Shown here one piece after another: positions 39,021 through 49,340 of a stretch of 64,000 nt of DNA. Origin of the DNA: Candidatus Bathyarchaeota archaeon (GTDB lineage: Archaea > Thermoproteota > Bathyarchaeia > TCS64); NCBI GenBank assembly GCA_963769425.1, contig CAVYLP010000006.1:224001-288000 (forward strand), given 5' to 3'. Both the position numbers and the translations under genes were made by a program. The notes under the pieces were generated by a model. That model ran no database searches, was not told where the DNA came from, and saw only the letters and a list, made by a program, of their open reading frames with translations. Numbering within the stretch: the first letter of the stretch is position 1; every line of letters starts with the position of its first letter.

Positions 39021-40244
39021 CTACCTCACCTTTCGCTTGCTCTCTTGTATGAAGAGGAGGAGGGCGACTGAGACGAGAGCGGAGGCGGTGAGGAACCACC
39101 AGCCGACGGAGTATGAGCCCGTCGCGTCGGCCATCCAGCCGAATATTGGCGGCCCTAGGAGGTTCCCGACGAGGGAGATCATGGCGGCATACCCGACGGC
39201 GAGGCCCGCGTTCTCCCTCCCCGCGAACTCGGAGGCGAGGACGAGGTTCATCCCGCCCCAACCGATCGCAGTGAAGCCGAAGAGCACTATGACCCCGATA
39301 AGGAGCGGGTAGGGCGTCGATGCGCCGATCATCTGCATGAGGATGGAGAGCACGAAGATGGAGGCCCCAACGATGATGAGGGGCTTCCTCCGGCTCCCCC
39401 CGAAGACCCTGTCACTGAGGGCACCGAATATGGGCTTCCCGAAGACGCCCCCAAAATTCGCGAGGGCGAGGTACCCGCCAGCTAAGGCAACAGAGACCCC
39501 CACGGCCTCGGTCAGATAGATGACAAGGTAGCCCGTGAAGCTAAACTCGCAGACGCAGAGCCCCATGCACGCCAGGGCGACGAGTAGGATGTTCCTGTCG
39601 AGCACAACGCCTTTGACGCTGTTCCAGTTCGTGGGCCCACGCTTCGGCGCCTCGACCTCCTTCGCCTTGTGGGGCTCTCTGTAGAAGGTGTAGGAGAGTA
39701 TAGCGGCCGTGATTGGTATAATCCCCATGGAGGCTATTGCGACGCGCCAGCCGAAGTTGAGGGCAAGCGTGGGGAGCAGGGATGCGGTGATTATCCCGGC
39801 GACGTTGAGACTCGTCTGATTGATGCCGATCGCCGTCGCCCTCTCCCGGAGGGGGAACCAGTTGAGCACCGCCTTCGTCGCCACCGTGGGGAAGCAGCCG
39901 CAGCCGAACCCCGCCAGAACGAGGACCCCCATCGCCCCGACGAAGCCCCCGACCGCGTACATCCCGAGGATGAAACCCCCGGCGACGACAGGACCTATGA
40001 AGAGCATCTTCCTCACCCCGATCCTATCAACGAGCCAGCCGGCGGGCATCTGGAAGGCCATGTAACCGAAGGCGGAGGCGGAGACGAGCAGCCCCACCTC
40101 GAACTTGCTCAGGCTCAGGCCCTCGATGAGGAAGGGCGTGAGGGGCGCCACCGCCGTCCTGACTAGGTAGGCGCTCATGTACGCCATCCAAGTGATGCCG
40201 AGAACAACCCACCGGAACCTGCCGGAGCCCACGGAATCGCCCAT
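39021..40244 (-). CDS. MFS transporter
   Basis: G.LVDRIG.RK motif A, WFP.RERATA.G; about 12 TM segments. Confidence 0.93.
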   Translation of the reverse strand: MGDSVGSGRFRWVVLGITWMAYMSAYLVRTAVAPLTPFLIEGLSLSKFEVGLLVSASAFGYMAFQMPAGWLVDRIGVRKMLFIGPVVAGGFILGMYAVGGFVGAMGVLVLAGFGCGCFPTVATKAVLNWFPLRERATAIGINQTSLNVAGIITASLLPTLALNFGWRVAIASMGIIPITAAILSYTFYREPHKAKEVEAPKRGPTNWNSVKGVVLDRNILLVALACMGLCVCEFSFTGYLVIYLTEAVGVSVALAGGYLALANFGGVFGKPIFGALSDRVFGGSRRKPLIIVGASIFVLSILMQMIGASTPYPLLIGVIVLFGFTAIGWGGMNLVLASEFAGRENAGLAVGYAAMISLVGNLLGPPIFGWMADATGSYSVGWWFLTASALVSVALLLFIQESKRKVR

Positions 40245-40281
40245 TTCCCAAGCGATGAGACTCGCAACTATATACCTTTAT

Positions 40282-41152
40282 CTAGCTATCTGCTAATCGG
40301 TGGATGACCACCTCGTCGCCGACGATGAACTCGGTGAGGTCGCCTGGCACAACGAGTCTGCCGCGGTAGGTCTTCTCGACGCGCTCTACGGAGGAAGCGT
40401 CCGTGCTGGAGTGGATTAGCGCGGCGACCCTGCACTTCGACCGGGTGAAGGTGTCCGCGGCCTCCTCGGGCGTCGCCATGAGGCTCGACCACGCCCTCCG
40501 CTTCGCACCGAGGTCGCTCTCCTCGCTCAACTCCTCCGCGGTCCAACCATACATTGCGTGGAAGAGAATATCTGCCCCAGCAGAGGCCCGTATCACGTCC
40601 TCCGAGTGTTTATCGTCCCCAGAGAAGACGACGGAGCGCCCGGCGAAGTCGACTCGGTAGGCGATCGAGGACCCGGCGGGGCCATGCTCAGCGTTGATGG
40701 CTGTGACCTTTAAGCCGCCGCTCCGGTAGACGACAGCCGGCGCCGACGTCCACGCCCGTGAAAGCGGCCGTGCTATGGAGGAGAGACTCGGGAGGACCAA
40801 CCCGCGTCTCGACGTCTACGGAGAACGCGGCTCGAAGATTCTCGACCATCGCACGCGTCCCTATAGGTCCTCGTGCCTCGAGAGGCGACGCTCTTCCGCG
40901 GAAGAAGCCACTGAGCCAGAGGTCGGGGATGTCGGTGACGTGGTCCGAGTGTAGATGGGTGAGGAAGATCTCGGTAATCCCCTCCGGCATGATGCCGATC
41001 TGAGCCATTCGCGTGACGACGCTGCGCCCACAGTCAAAGAGGAGACGCTCACCGTCCGCCTCAACGAGCATCCCTGGTCCGGCTACACCCGAAACGGGTG
41101 TCGGCCCTCCCCCCGATCCAAGGAGCACTACCCTCAAAGATGAATCGATCAT
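40282..41152 (-). CDS. metallo-beta-lactamase fold hydrolase (RNase Z/AtsA-like), one extra base near 40737
   Basis: LLGSGG, LFDCG, THLHSDH; then H.P...AYRV...SVVFSGD, AD.L.H in the shifted frame. Confidence 0.85.
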
Positions 41153-41172
41153 GAACTAAACCCCATCTTTGA

Positions 41173-41787
41173 TCATTCTTCAACCAGTCCGAGCCTCGAC
41201 AGAAGCCTACTGAGTGTCCCCGACTTCTCCGCCTTCAACAGCATGCCGCTCTTCAGCTCGGCCCTGAGGGTCTCCGAGTATATCTTGATGAGCAGGTTCT
41301 CGCGGTCCAGCTTCGAGTCAGATAGAGAGTAGGTATCTGCTATCTTCGAGATTCGCTGCGCCGTAAGCTCAGCCATCGCCTCGATCTCAGCGCCGTCGAA
41401 GTCGAGCCTCTCGGCGTCGCCCTCCATGAGTTGAAAAACACTGAACATCCCCCGGAGGCGCTCCATGTGTGCGTGTATGAAGTACCTGCGCAGTTCAGGG
41501 GGTGTTGAGTCCCAGTCCTCGATGAAGAGCCTCGCCGTCGGCTCGTAATACTTCTGGAGGATACCGTACGGGCCCACCTCAGAATGGCTGACCTGGATCA
41601 ATCGCGCCTCGGATAGGCGGACGAGGTGGTGTGAGACCGAGGGCTCCTTCAGGCTCATCCTCTCGGCGAGCTGCTTCTGCGTCATAGGTTTCTCGGAGAC
41701 AAGTCGGAGTATCTGACGGCGGACAAGGTCCCCGAGTAATTTTATTGTCTCGGGGTCACGCACAACGAGGATTTCCCTCGACTCCAT
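41173..41787 (-). CDS. ArsR-type wHTH transcriptional regulator
   Basis: L.D..R.QIL.L....MT...LA......S.SHHL..L; heads the MBL-MFS unit. Confidence 0.88.
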   Translation of the reverse strand: MESREILVVRDPETIKLLGDLVRRQILRLVSEKPMTQKQLAERMSLKEPSVSHHLVRLSEARLIQVSHSEVGPYGILQKYYEPTARLFIEDWDSTPPELRRYFIHAHMERLRGMFSVFQLMEGDAERLDFDGAEIEAMAELTAQRISKIADTYSLSDSKLDRENLLIKIYSETLRAELKSGMLLKAEKSGTLSRLLSRLGLVEE

Positions 41788-41885
41788 TCACCATTTTAAA
41801 GTATCTCAGAGCATGGTATAAATATATATCTAACCGATTAGACATATCTTAGTACACAGTGTTATAAAAATAGAGGGCAAGGCAC

Positions 41886-44279
41886 GTGACTAACGAGGAC
41901 ATGAAGGAGAACGAGCCGACGAGCCTAGAGGGACTGACCTTCGACGAGGCGAAGCGTAGACTCGACGAGTACGGCGCTAACGAGGTACCCGAGAGAAAGG
42001 CAAACCCCCTCAAGAAGTTCGGTAAGAAGTTCTGGGGTATCACCCCCTGGATGCTCGAACTCACCGTGGCGATGGAGTTCATCCTTGGCAAGAACCTCGA
42101 GGCATATTTCATCGCCGCCCTTCTCTGCTTCAACGCCGTCGTCGGCTACCTGCAGGAGGAGAAGGCAAACAACGCCGTCGCCCTCCTCCGGAAGAGGTTG
42201 CTCGTGAACGCCCGGGTAAAGCGGGGCGGTGAGTGGGTGCTCCTACCAGCCCGTGAACTCGTCCCCGGGGACATCATCCGGCTCAGGGCCGGGGACATGA
42301 CACCAGCCGACGCGAAGCTCCTAGAGGGCCACCTAGACGTCGACCAATCCGCTCTAACCGGCGAGTCCCTGACGGTCGAGAGGAACGCGAGCGATACGCT
42401 CTTCTCGGGCTCAACCGTGAAGTCAGGGGAGGCCACCGGGGAGGTCACTGCAACCGGGCTCAAGACGTTCTTCGGGAAGACCGCCGAACTCGTCCAGATC
42501 GCTCGCCCGAAGCTCCACATCGAGGAGATGATCTCGAAGGTCGTCCGCTGGCTCCTCATCATGGTCGTCGCTGCCGTCGCTGCGGGGATGGGCCTCGCCC
42601 TGCTCAGAGGCATCGACCCCGCCGAGATAGCGCCCCTCGCAGTAATCCTCCTCGTCTCCGCCATCCCCGTCGCGATGCCCACCATGTTCACAATAAGCAT
42701 GGCCCTCGGCTCATTCGAGCTCTCCAAGAAGGGGGCAATCGTCACCCGCCTCGACGCCATAGAGGACGCCGCCACCATGGACGTACTCTGCGCCGACAAG
42801 ACCGGCACCATAACAATGAACCGGCTCGCCGTCGCCGACGTCCTCCCCGTTGGGCTCCACAAGAAGGAGGAGGTAGTCCTCTACGGCGCCCTCGCCGCGA
42901 ACGAGGCGAACCAGGACCCCATAGACCTCGCTTTTATAGAGAAAGCTAGGGAGCTCAAGCAACCCCTGGGGGAGTACAAGCAGCTAAGGTTCACCCCATT
43001 CGACCCGTCGACGCGTAGGACGGAGGCCCTAGTCGAGAAGGGAGACGTGAAGCTCGAGGTCTACAAGGGTGCCGTGAACACCGTCATCCACCTCTGCAAG
43101 GACTGCCACGACGACGTCGCCACCCTACACGAGAGCGTAGATGCCCTCGCCGCCAAGGGTTACAGGGTCCTAGCCGTCGCCGAGGGGCCCACACCCGAGG
43201 AGGCGGAACTCGTCGGCTTCGCCGCCCTCTACGACAGGCCCAGAGAGGACTCCCCCAAGCTCATCTCCGAGCTCAGGCGCCTCGGCGTCCGCGTGAAGAT
43301 GCTAACGGGGGACGCCCTACCAATAGCCCGGGAGGTCGCTGGCCAGGCGGGCATAGGCCAGAACATCACGGGGGTCAAGGACCTGAAAGAGCACTGGGGG
43401 GAAGCTGAGACCCTCAAGATGATGGAGGGGAGCGACGGCTTCGCCGAGATCTATCCCGAGGACAAGTACCTCATAGTCAAGGGACTCCAAGCCGGAGGGC
43501 ACCTCGTCGGGATGACGGGGGACGGCGTAAACGACGCCCCCGCGCTCCGCCAAGCCGAGGTGGGGATCGCCGTCAGCAACGCCACCGACATTGCGAAGCA
43601 GGCGTCGAGCGTCGTCCTCACCGACGAGGGCTTCGAGGGCATCCTCGACATGGTCATCATCGGGAGGATGGTCTACCAGAGGATAACCTCGTGGACCATA
43701 AACAAGATAATACGCACATTCAAGCGCGTCGTCTTCATAGTCCTCGCCTTCATACTCACGGGCCAGTTCGTCGTCTCCACCCTCAACATGATACTACTCC
43801 TCTTCCTAAGCGACTACGTCACCCTCAGCATCTCCACGGACCGCGTCCGCCCCTCCCGGACCCCGGAGAGGTGGAAGTCGACCTCCCTAGTGAAGCTCGG
43901 GGTACTGTACGCCTCCATGATCGTAGTGGAGAGCCTCGTGATCCTCTACATCGCGATGTACTACTTCGGCCTGAGCGGGAATCTAGCGACGCTACAGACC
44001 TTCGTCTTCGTCTGGCTCACACTCTCCGGCTACTACACGGTGCTCAGCATAAGGGAGAGGCGCCACTTCTGGGACTCCCGGCCGAGCGGGTGGCTGGGCC
44101 TCGCCCTAGTGTTGAACTCGATAATAGTGTTCGTGATATCCACGATCGGGCTGCCCGACCTCGCCCCGATAACCCCCGCCATGTACCTATTCATCGCGGC
44201 TTACGGCTTCGTGACCTGCTTGCTACTGAACGACTTCGTCAAGGTGCCGCTGGCGAAGGACCTGGACGTCTCACTGTGA
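41886..44279 (+). CDS. plasma-membrane proton-efflux P-type ATPase (P3A)
   Basis: LTGES, IPVAMP, DKTGT, DPID, PFDP, KGA, MLTGD, TGDGVNDAPAL, M6 Asp in FLSDY. Confidence 0.93.
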   Translation: MTNEDMKENEPTSLEGLTFDEAKRRLDEYGANEVPERKANPLKKFGKKFWGITPWMLELTVAMEFILGKNLEAYFIAALLCFNAVVGYLQEEKANNAVALLRKRLLVNARVKRGGEWVLLPARELVPGDIIRLRAGDMTPADAKLLEGHLDVDQSALTGESLTVERNASDTLFSGSTVKSGEATGEVTATGLKTFFGKTAELVQIARPKLHIEEMISKVVRWLLIMVVAAVAAGMGLALLRGIDPAEIAPLAVILLVSAIPVAMPTMFTISMALGSFELSKKGAIVTRLDAIEDAATMDVLCADKTGTITMNRLAVADVLPVGLHKKEEVVLYGALAANEANQDPIDLAFIEKARELKQPLGEYKQLRFTPFDPSTRRTEALVEKGDVKLEVYKGAVNTVIHLCKDCHDDVATLHESVDALAAKGYRVLAVAEGPTPEEAELVGFAALYDRPREDSPKLISELRRLGVRVKMLTGDALPIAREVAGQAGIGQNITGVKDLKEHWGEAETLKMMEGSDGFAEIYPEDKYLIVKGLQAGGHLVGMTGDGVNDAPALRQAEVGIAVSNATDIAKQASSVVLTDEGFEGILDMVIIGRMVYQRITSWTINKIIRTFKRVVFIVLAFILTGQFVVSTLNMILLLFLSDYVTLSISTDRVRPSRTPERWKSTSLVKLGVLYASMIVVESLVILYIAMYYFGLSGNLATLQTFVFVWLTLSGYYTVLSIRERRHFWDSRPSGWLGLALVLNSIIVFVISTIGLPDLAPITPAMYLFIAAYGFVTCLLLNDFVKVPLAKDLDVSL

Positions 44280-44843
44280 GGGCGGCGGAGACCCGCCCGA
44301 GTGCCTCTTCACGATCGCCTCTATCTCCGCCTGCATCCCCGGGTTCTCCTCTATTATCTCGTTGAGCTTGGCGACGTTGCTCCGCCACATCTCCTCGGAG
44401 GCTGAGTCCCACGCCCAGGCGAAGTCGAATAGCTCGGTGAGGCTCCGGATTGACGCCTTCATCGAGTCGAGGGCGGGGTCGAGGTTCCTCGCGATCTCCC
44501 GGTCCTGTATGAGCATCTCTAGTATGGGGAAGTAGGCTATCCTCGCGTCGCCCTCGATGGTTACCTCGACGCCGGCGTCGAGGGGCTTGATCTTCTCCTT
44601 GGGGATCCCCATGCCTGATAGGAACTCGACGGCGTTACCCATCGCGAGCTCCATAACCTCGGGGGGCAGGTATGTGAAGAACTCGCGGTAGACGAGAGAG
44701 CATGTCCCCGAGGGGGCGCGCTCCAGCTTCATCTCGAGCCTATCCGGTACGAAGCCGACTCCCCTCCCGACGCCGTACCTCTTGAAGACCTCGTTAATCT
44801 CCTTGAATAGTGAGCCGGCGTCCACTCGCCCGGATATGTCCAT
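44271..44843 (-). CDS. hypothetical protein
   Basis: About 190-aa ORF with host-like codon usage; no motif recognised. Confidence 0.7.
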   Translation of the reverse strand: MDISGRVDAGSLFKEINEVFKRYGVGRGVGFVPDRLEMKLERAPSGTCSLVYREFFTYLPPEVMELAMGNAVEFLSGMGIPKEKIKPLDAGVEVTIEGDARIAYFPILEMLIQDREIARNLDPALDSMKASIRSLTELFDFAWAWDSASEEMWRSNVAKLNEIIEENPGMQAEIEAIVKRHSGGSPPPSQ

Positions 44844-44879
44844 TGACACGCATACGCAGCGGACGCGATATAAACGAAA

Positions 44880-45149
44880 CTACTTGGGTAGCGCCATCGT
44901 GGCCTTTCGGAAGTACTTTAGGACGTTCATCCCCGACTCTGTTATCTGGTATCTCTTAACGTCCCTGTCTCTCTCCGCGAGTTCCTCATTCTCGTTGATG
45001 AGTCCCTGTGTTATGAGATTGTTGAGGACGTTCTGAAATACCTTCCAGGAGAGGTTCGCGCTATACATAATCCTCGTGGGCTTGGCCTCTCCCTTCATAA
45101 TAATCTCGAGGACCTCTATGTATATCTCAACTTTACCTCTCCGAGGCAT
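44880..45149 (-). CDS. small archaeal winged-helix transcription factor
   Basis: RR.K.EI..E.L......PTRIMY.ANLS...Y.ITE.G. Confidence 0.88.
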   Translation of the reverse strand: MPRRGKVEIYIEVLEIIMKGEAKPTRIMYSANLSWKVFQNVLNNLITQGLINENEELAERDRDVKRYQITESGMNVLKYFRKATMALPK

Positions 45150-45496
45150 ATTGAACACATGCTTACTGTGGCGGAGACATAAGGTTTTCTCAACTTATTC
45201 CTAATATTTGTTTTCGCTTTCGACTCACTCTTCGGGTTGGTAACTCTTGAAACAAGTTTGGAATCATCTGCAATATTTTTTTAATAAATCGAGGAGCGAC
45301 GTAACTCTGTAACCCGTTGTTGAGGTTTCCTGATGGCCTCAACTTGGGCGAAGACACTCATCGGTGATCCAGTCCCTTCTGCCTCAGAAAACACATGAAA
45401 GACGCTGAGAACTGCTAAAACCTTTATAAAATTTATGAATCATGGAACCACAATTGCTTTTATTGTCGACACCGGGATAGTTCTCGATCCCAAGTA

Positions 45497-46054
45497 ATGT
45501 CTCTAAAGGAGAAAATAGATGTCTTAGATTTTCTAATTAGTATACTCAAGGAGCACGAGGAGAGCCTGTACGAGATCACGCAGAGGCTCGAAAAACTCTC
45601 CGAGCGCCTCGAGTCAGGGGAAGTCAAGCCGGAGGACAAGAGGCTAATCGAGGAGGCGAAGAGGGAGGCCGAGGAGATGGTCTCAGGCAAGTCGAGCATC
45701 CTCATCGTCGACGACGACGAGTTCCTCACCGAGACATTCAAGGTAATACTCGAGACCGTGGGCTACCAGGTCGAAATAGCCGCTTCCGGCATGCAGGCAA
45801 TACACATGACGAAGGACAAGAACTTCGACCTGATTATCCTGGACATAAAGCTCCCCGACATCAACGGGGACGAGGTCGCCCGCATAATGAAGAAGCAGGG
45901 CAAGAAGACCAAGATCGTGATGATCACCGGCTACGAGAAGCTCGCCGAGGGGCTCAAGGGGGAGCAAGTAGACGTCAAGGAGGTCCTCATGAAGCCGGTT
46001 AGCCCGAATAGCCTCCTGACGGTCACGAAGAAGGTCCTCCAGGACAACAAGTAG
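45497..46054 (+). CDS. response regulator: N-terminal coiled coil plus C-terminal receiver
   Basis: ILIVDDD, DLIILD..LPD..G, ITG, KP. Confidence 0.9.
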   Translation: MSLKEKIDVLDFLISILKEHEESLYEITQRLEKLSERLESGEVKPEDKRLIEEAKREAEEMVSGKSSILIVDDDEFLTETFKVILETVGYQVEIAASGMQAIHMTKDKNFDLIILDIKLPDINGDEVARIMKKQGKKTKIVMITGYEKLAEGLKGEQVDVKEVLMKPVSPNSLLTVTKKVLQDNK

Positions 46055-46098
46055 ACCGATTTTCAATCCCCCGATAGTAGGGGTTTAATCCCCCAGAC

Positions 46099-46710
46099 TT
46101 GATTCTGTTACTTGAATTGGGCGAGAGATCAAGCGTCGCCAGGGAGGCGGCGAGGCTCCTCTACAGCGGCGCGGCGGAGGAGTACATACAGGCCAAGGAG
46201 ATGGCCGCCGCGAGCCTCGACGTGAGGGCCACGCCGAGCAACTACGAGGTAGCTGTCGAGCTTGACCGCCTCGCAGACGAGATGGAGGGCGGTGAGAGGC
46301 AGAGGCGCCTCGCAAAGATGAGGGGGACCGCCCTCTTCGTTATGAAGAAACTCGCATCGTTCTCCCCCCGCCTCATCGGCAGCGTCTGGAGAGGAACTGC
46401 AAGAATGGGGAGCGACGTAGACATCGTCGCCCTAGCTAGTAGCCCCTTGGAGGTCGAGAAAGTCCTCATGGAGTACAAGATTGGGGAGAAGGGAGAAGTC
46501 AACTTCAAGGGCGGGGTCCGCGCCTACCACTTCAAGCTAGAGGTCGGCGGGGACGAGATCGAGGTCGTCGTCAGGAACCCCTCTGAGTACACCGAGGATC
46601 GATGCGACATCTACGGCGATGTGAAGCGTGGCATCACCCTACCGGAGCTGGAAAGGCTTTTGAGGGTTGACCCACTACGCAGATTCGTCCCCCGGAGGCG
46701 TTCTAGGTGA
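46099..46710 (+). CDS. Pol-beta-type nucleotidyltransferase domain protein
   Basis: GSVWRG.....SDVD. Start uncertain. Confidence 0.82.
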   Translation: MILLLELGERSSVAREAARLLYSGAAEEYIQAKEMAAASLDVRATPSNYEVAVELDRLADEMEGGERQRRLAKMRGTALFVMKKLASFSPRLIGSVWRGTARMGSDVDIVALASSPLEVEKVLMEYKIGEKGEVNFKGGVRAYHFKLEVGGDEIEVVVRNPSEYTEDRCDIYGDVKRGITLPELERLLRVDPLRRFVPRRRSR

Positions 46711-48047
46711 AACTATTCGGCTCATCAGGAATACGCGGCGTCGCGAACACGGAGATCACCCCCATCCTAGCCCAGAGGCTTGGCTCGGCTCTCGCCACCA
46801 TCCACGAGGGGGGTGAATTCATCGTGGGGAGGGACGCACGTGTCACCGGCCCAATGCTCGAGGCTGCGCTGTCCGCAGGGATAACGGCCTGCGGGGGAGA
46901 CGTGAAACTCGTCGGCCTCCTACCGACACCCGTCATCGCGTGGCTCACGCGTGAACTCGAAGCCGACGCGGGTGTCGCCATCTCGGCGAGCCACAACCCA
47001 CCCCAGTACAACGGCCTCAAGGTCTTCAACGCCCGGGGGATGAGCCTAACCGAGAAGGAGCAGGGCCCCGTAGAGTCTCTCATGCAGGGAGGGGAGCTCG
47101 ACTACGCCCCCTGGGATGGTGTCGGTTCAGCCGACGCCACCGAGGCTGCTTGGATGTACCTCGACGCCCTACAGGAGGGGGTCGAGCTTGGTAAGGATTG
47201 GAAGATCGCCTGTGACCTATTCTGTGGGGCGACTGGCACGATTGCTGCTGATGCCTTCGAGGCGGTCGGGCTTCGCGCGACACTAATCAATGGTAACCCC
47301 GACGGCCATTTCCCAGCCGGTGACCCTGAACCTACCACCGAGAACCTACGCAGGCTCGGCGCCTACATGAAGGCGACCGGGGCTGAGGTCGGATTCGGGT
47401 TCGACGGCGACGGCGACAGGATGATGGCTGTCGACGAGACGGGGACCCCCGTCGGCGGGGATAGGCTTCTCGCCGCCTACGCTGGCCATGTCGTCGGGCG
47501 TGAGGGAAAGGGTGTCGTCGTGACTCACGTCGGCGCCTCGATGTGCGTAGAGGATATGGTCGAGGCGGCCGGAGGTAAGGTTGTCCGCGTCAGGGTCGGG
47601 GACACCTACATTACGGAGGAGATGGAGAGGCGGAGGGCCGTCTTCGGCGGCGAACCGATTGGCGCCTGGGTCCTCCCCGAGGTCCACATGTGCCCGGATG
47701 GCATCCTGAGCGCACTCAAGCTCCTAGAGGCACTCGAGGAGAGCGAGATGACACTCTCACAGTTCGCATCAGAGGCACCAGAGTATCCAACTAAGAGTGC
47801 CAAGGTCGAAGTGAGCGACAAGGCTCGGGTCATGAAGGGGGTCGAGGGAGGATATCGGCGCGCCTTCGGGGAGGCGGAGGTGAACCGCGTCGACGGCGTC
47901 CGTCTCCAGCTACCCGAGGGGTGGATACTCATACGCGCCTCAGGCACCGAGCCCCTCATAAGGATCACAGCCGAGGGAAGGGATGAGAAAGCGACCACTT
48001 CCCTCCTAGAACGCGGGAGGGAACTCGTCAGGGAGGCATCAAGGTGA
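46707..48047 (+). CDS. glmM: phosphoglucosamine mutase
   Basis: FGSSGIRG, SASHNP, DGDGDR, GGE, RASGTEP; adjacent to glmU. Confidence 0.9.
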   Translation: MKLFGSSGIRGVANTEITPILAQRLGSALATIHEGGEFIVGRDARVTGPMLEAALSAGITACGGDVKLVGLLPTPVIAWLTRELEADAGVAISASHNPPQYNGLKVFNARGMSLTEKEQGPVESLMQGGELDYAPWDGVGSADATEAAWMYLDALQEGVELGKDWKIACDLFCGATGTIAADAFEAVGLRATLINGNPDGHFPAGDPEPTTENLRRLGAYMKATGAEVGFGFDGDGDRMMAVDETGTPVGGDRLLAAYAGHVVGREGKGVVVTHVGASMCVEDMVEAAGGKVVRVRVGDTYITEEMERRRAVFGGEPIGAWVLPEVHMCPDGILSALKLLEALEESEMTLSQFASEAPEYPTKSAKVEVSDKARVMKGVEGGYRRAFGEAEVNRVDGVRLQLPEGWILIRASGTEPLIRITAEGRDEKATTSLLERGRELVREASR

Positions 48048-49312
48048 AGGCAGTAATCATAGCAGCGGGGAAAGCGGAGAGGCTCAGACCTCTCACCTCG
48101 ACGAAACCTAAGCAACTCATACCTATAGCGGGGAGGCCACAGTTAGAGTGGCTTCTCAAAGGGATCGCCGATGCAGGTATCGAGGAGACCCTCATAATCA
48201 CCCACTACATGGAGGACAAGATCAAGCAAAGGTTTGGCAATGGCTCCGAACTCGGCCTCAAGCTGAGTTACGCCACCCAGAAGGAGATGAGGGGGACCGC
48301 GGACGCCTTCAGGTACGCCGAAACATTCGCCTCGGATGAGGACTTCGTAGGCATGAACGGGGACCTCTACCTCAGCCCCGGTATAATTAGGGAGGTAGTA
48401 AACGCCCACAAGAGGGGCGAGCTGACAGTTACCGGATTGGAGAGGGACCCCTACCTCTACGGCGCCCTCAAGCTACAGGGAGACAAGGTCCAAGGGATCG
48501 TGGAGAAACCCGCCCCCGGAACCGCGCCTAGCAACGTCACAAATGCAGGCATCTACATCTTCCCGCCTAAGACATTCGACTCGATAAAGGCGACCAAGCT
48601 CAGCCCGCGTGGCGAGTACGAGGTCACCGACTCCGTGAACCACTTAATCGCATCAGGTGTTTCGGCGCGTGTCCACATGCTGGACGACGGTGACTGGCTA
48701 GACATCGGTCACCCGTGGCACGTCCTCGAGGCAAATACGAGGGCCCTATCACGGCTAGAGTCGAGAATGGAGGGTAAGGTCGAGGAGGGGGCACATATTC
48801 AGGGGCCTGTCTACGTCGCCTCGACCGCGAGGGTAAGGAGCGGAGTCTACATCGAGGGCCCAGTCTACATCGGCCCAGACTGCGACGTCGGCCCGAACAA
48901 CTACATACGCGCGGGCACAACCCTCGTTGGCGGTAACCGCGTAGGAGCGAGCTGTGAGATCAAGAACACTATCCTCATGGAGAAGGCCGCGGTCCCCCAC
49001 TTAAGCTACGTCGGCGACTCCATAATCGGGGAGCGCTGCAACCTCGGCGCTGGCACCATAACGGCGAACCTCCGATTCGACCATAAAAACGTAAAGATGA
49101 CCATAAAGGGTGTGCGTGTCGATACGGGCCTTCGGAAGATCGGCACCGTCATGGGGGACGACTGCCAGACAGGTGTCAACGTGAGTTTCCACCCCGGAGT
49201 CATCGTAGGTGCAGGCGCGTGGATAGCCCCCGGCGTCACCGTCGAGAAGGACGTCCCCGAGGGAATTCTACTCACCTCCGAGGGCACACGCGAGAAGCCG
49301 AAGACAAACTAA
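48044..49312 (+). CDS. glmU: bifunctional sugar-1-phosphate nucleotidyltransferase/acetyltransferase (GlmU-like)
   Basis: AAG...RLRPLT..KPK, EKP, SPRGEYE, hexapeptide repeats, HLSYVGDS, GAGTITANLR. Confidence 0.9.
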   Translation: MKAVIIAAGKAERLRPLTSTKPKQLIPIAGRPQLEWLLKGIADAGIEETLIITHYMEDKIKQRFGNGSELGLKLSYATQKEMRGTADAFRYAETFASDEDFVGMNGDLYLSPGIIREVVNAHKRGELTVTGLERDPYLYGALKLQGDKVQGIVEKPAPGTAPSNVTNAGIYIFPPKTFDSIKATKLSPRGEYEVTDSVNHLIASGVSARVHMLDDGDWLDIGHPWHVLEANTRALSRLESRMEGKVEEGAHIQGPVYVASTARVRSGVYIEGPVYIGPDCDVGPNNYIRAGTTLVGGNRVGASCEIKNTILMEKAAVPHLSYVGDSIIGERCNLGAGTITANLRFDHKNVKMTIKGVRVDTGLRKIGTVMGDDCQTGVNVSFHPGVIVGAGAWIAPGVTVEKDVPEGILLTSEGTREKPKTN

Positions 49313-49340
49313 TTAAAGAGGTTTACAGCGTCTTAGCCCG

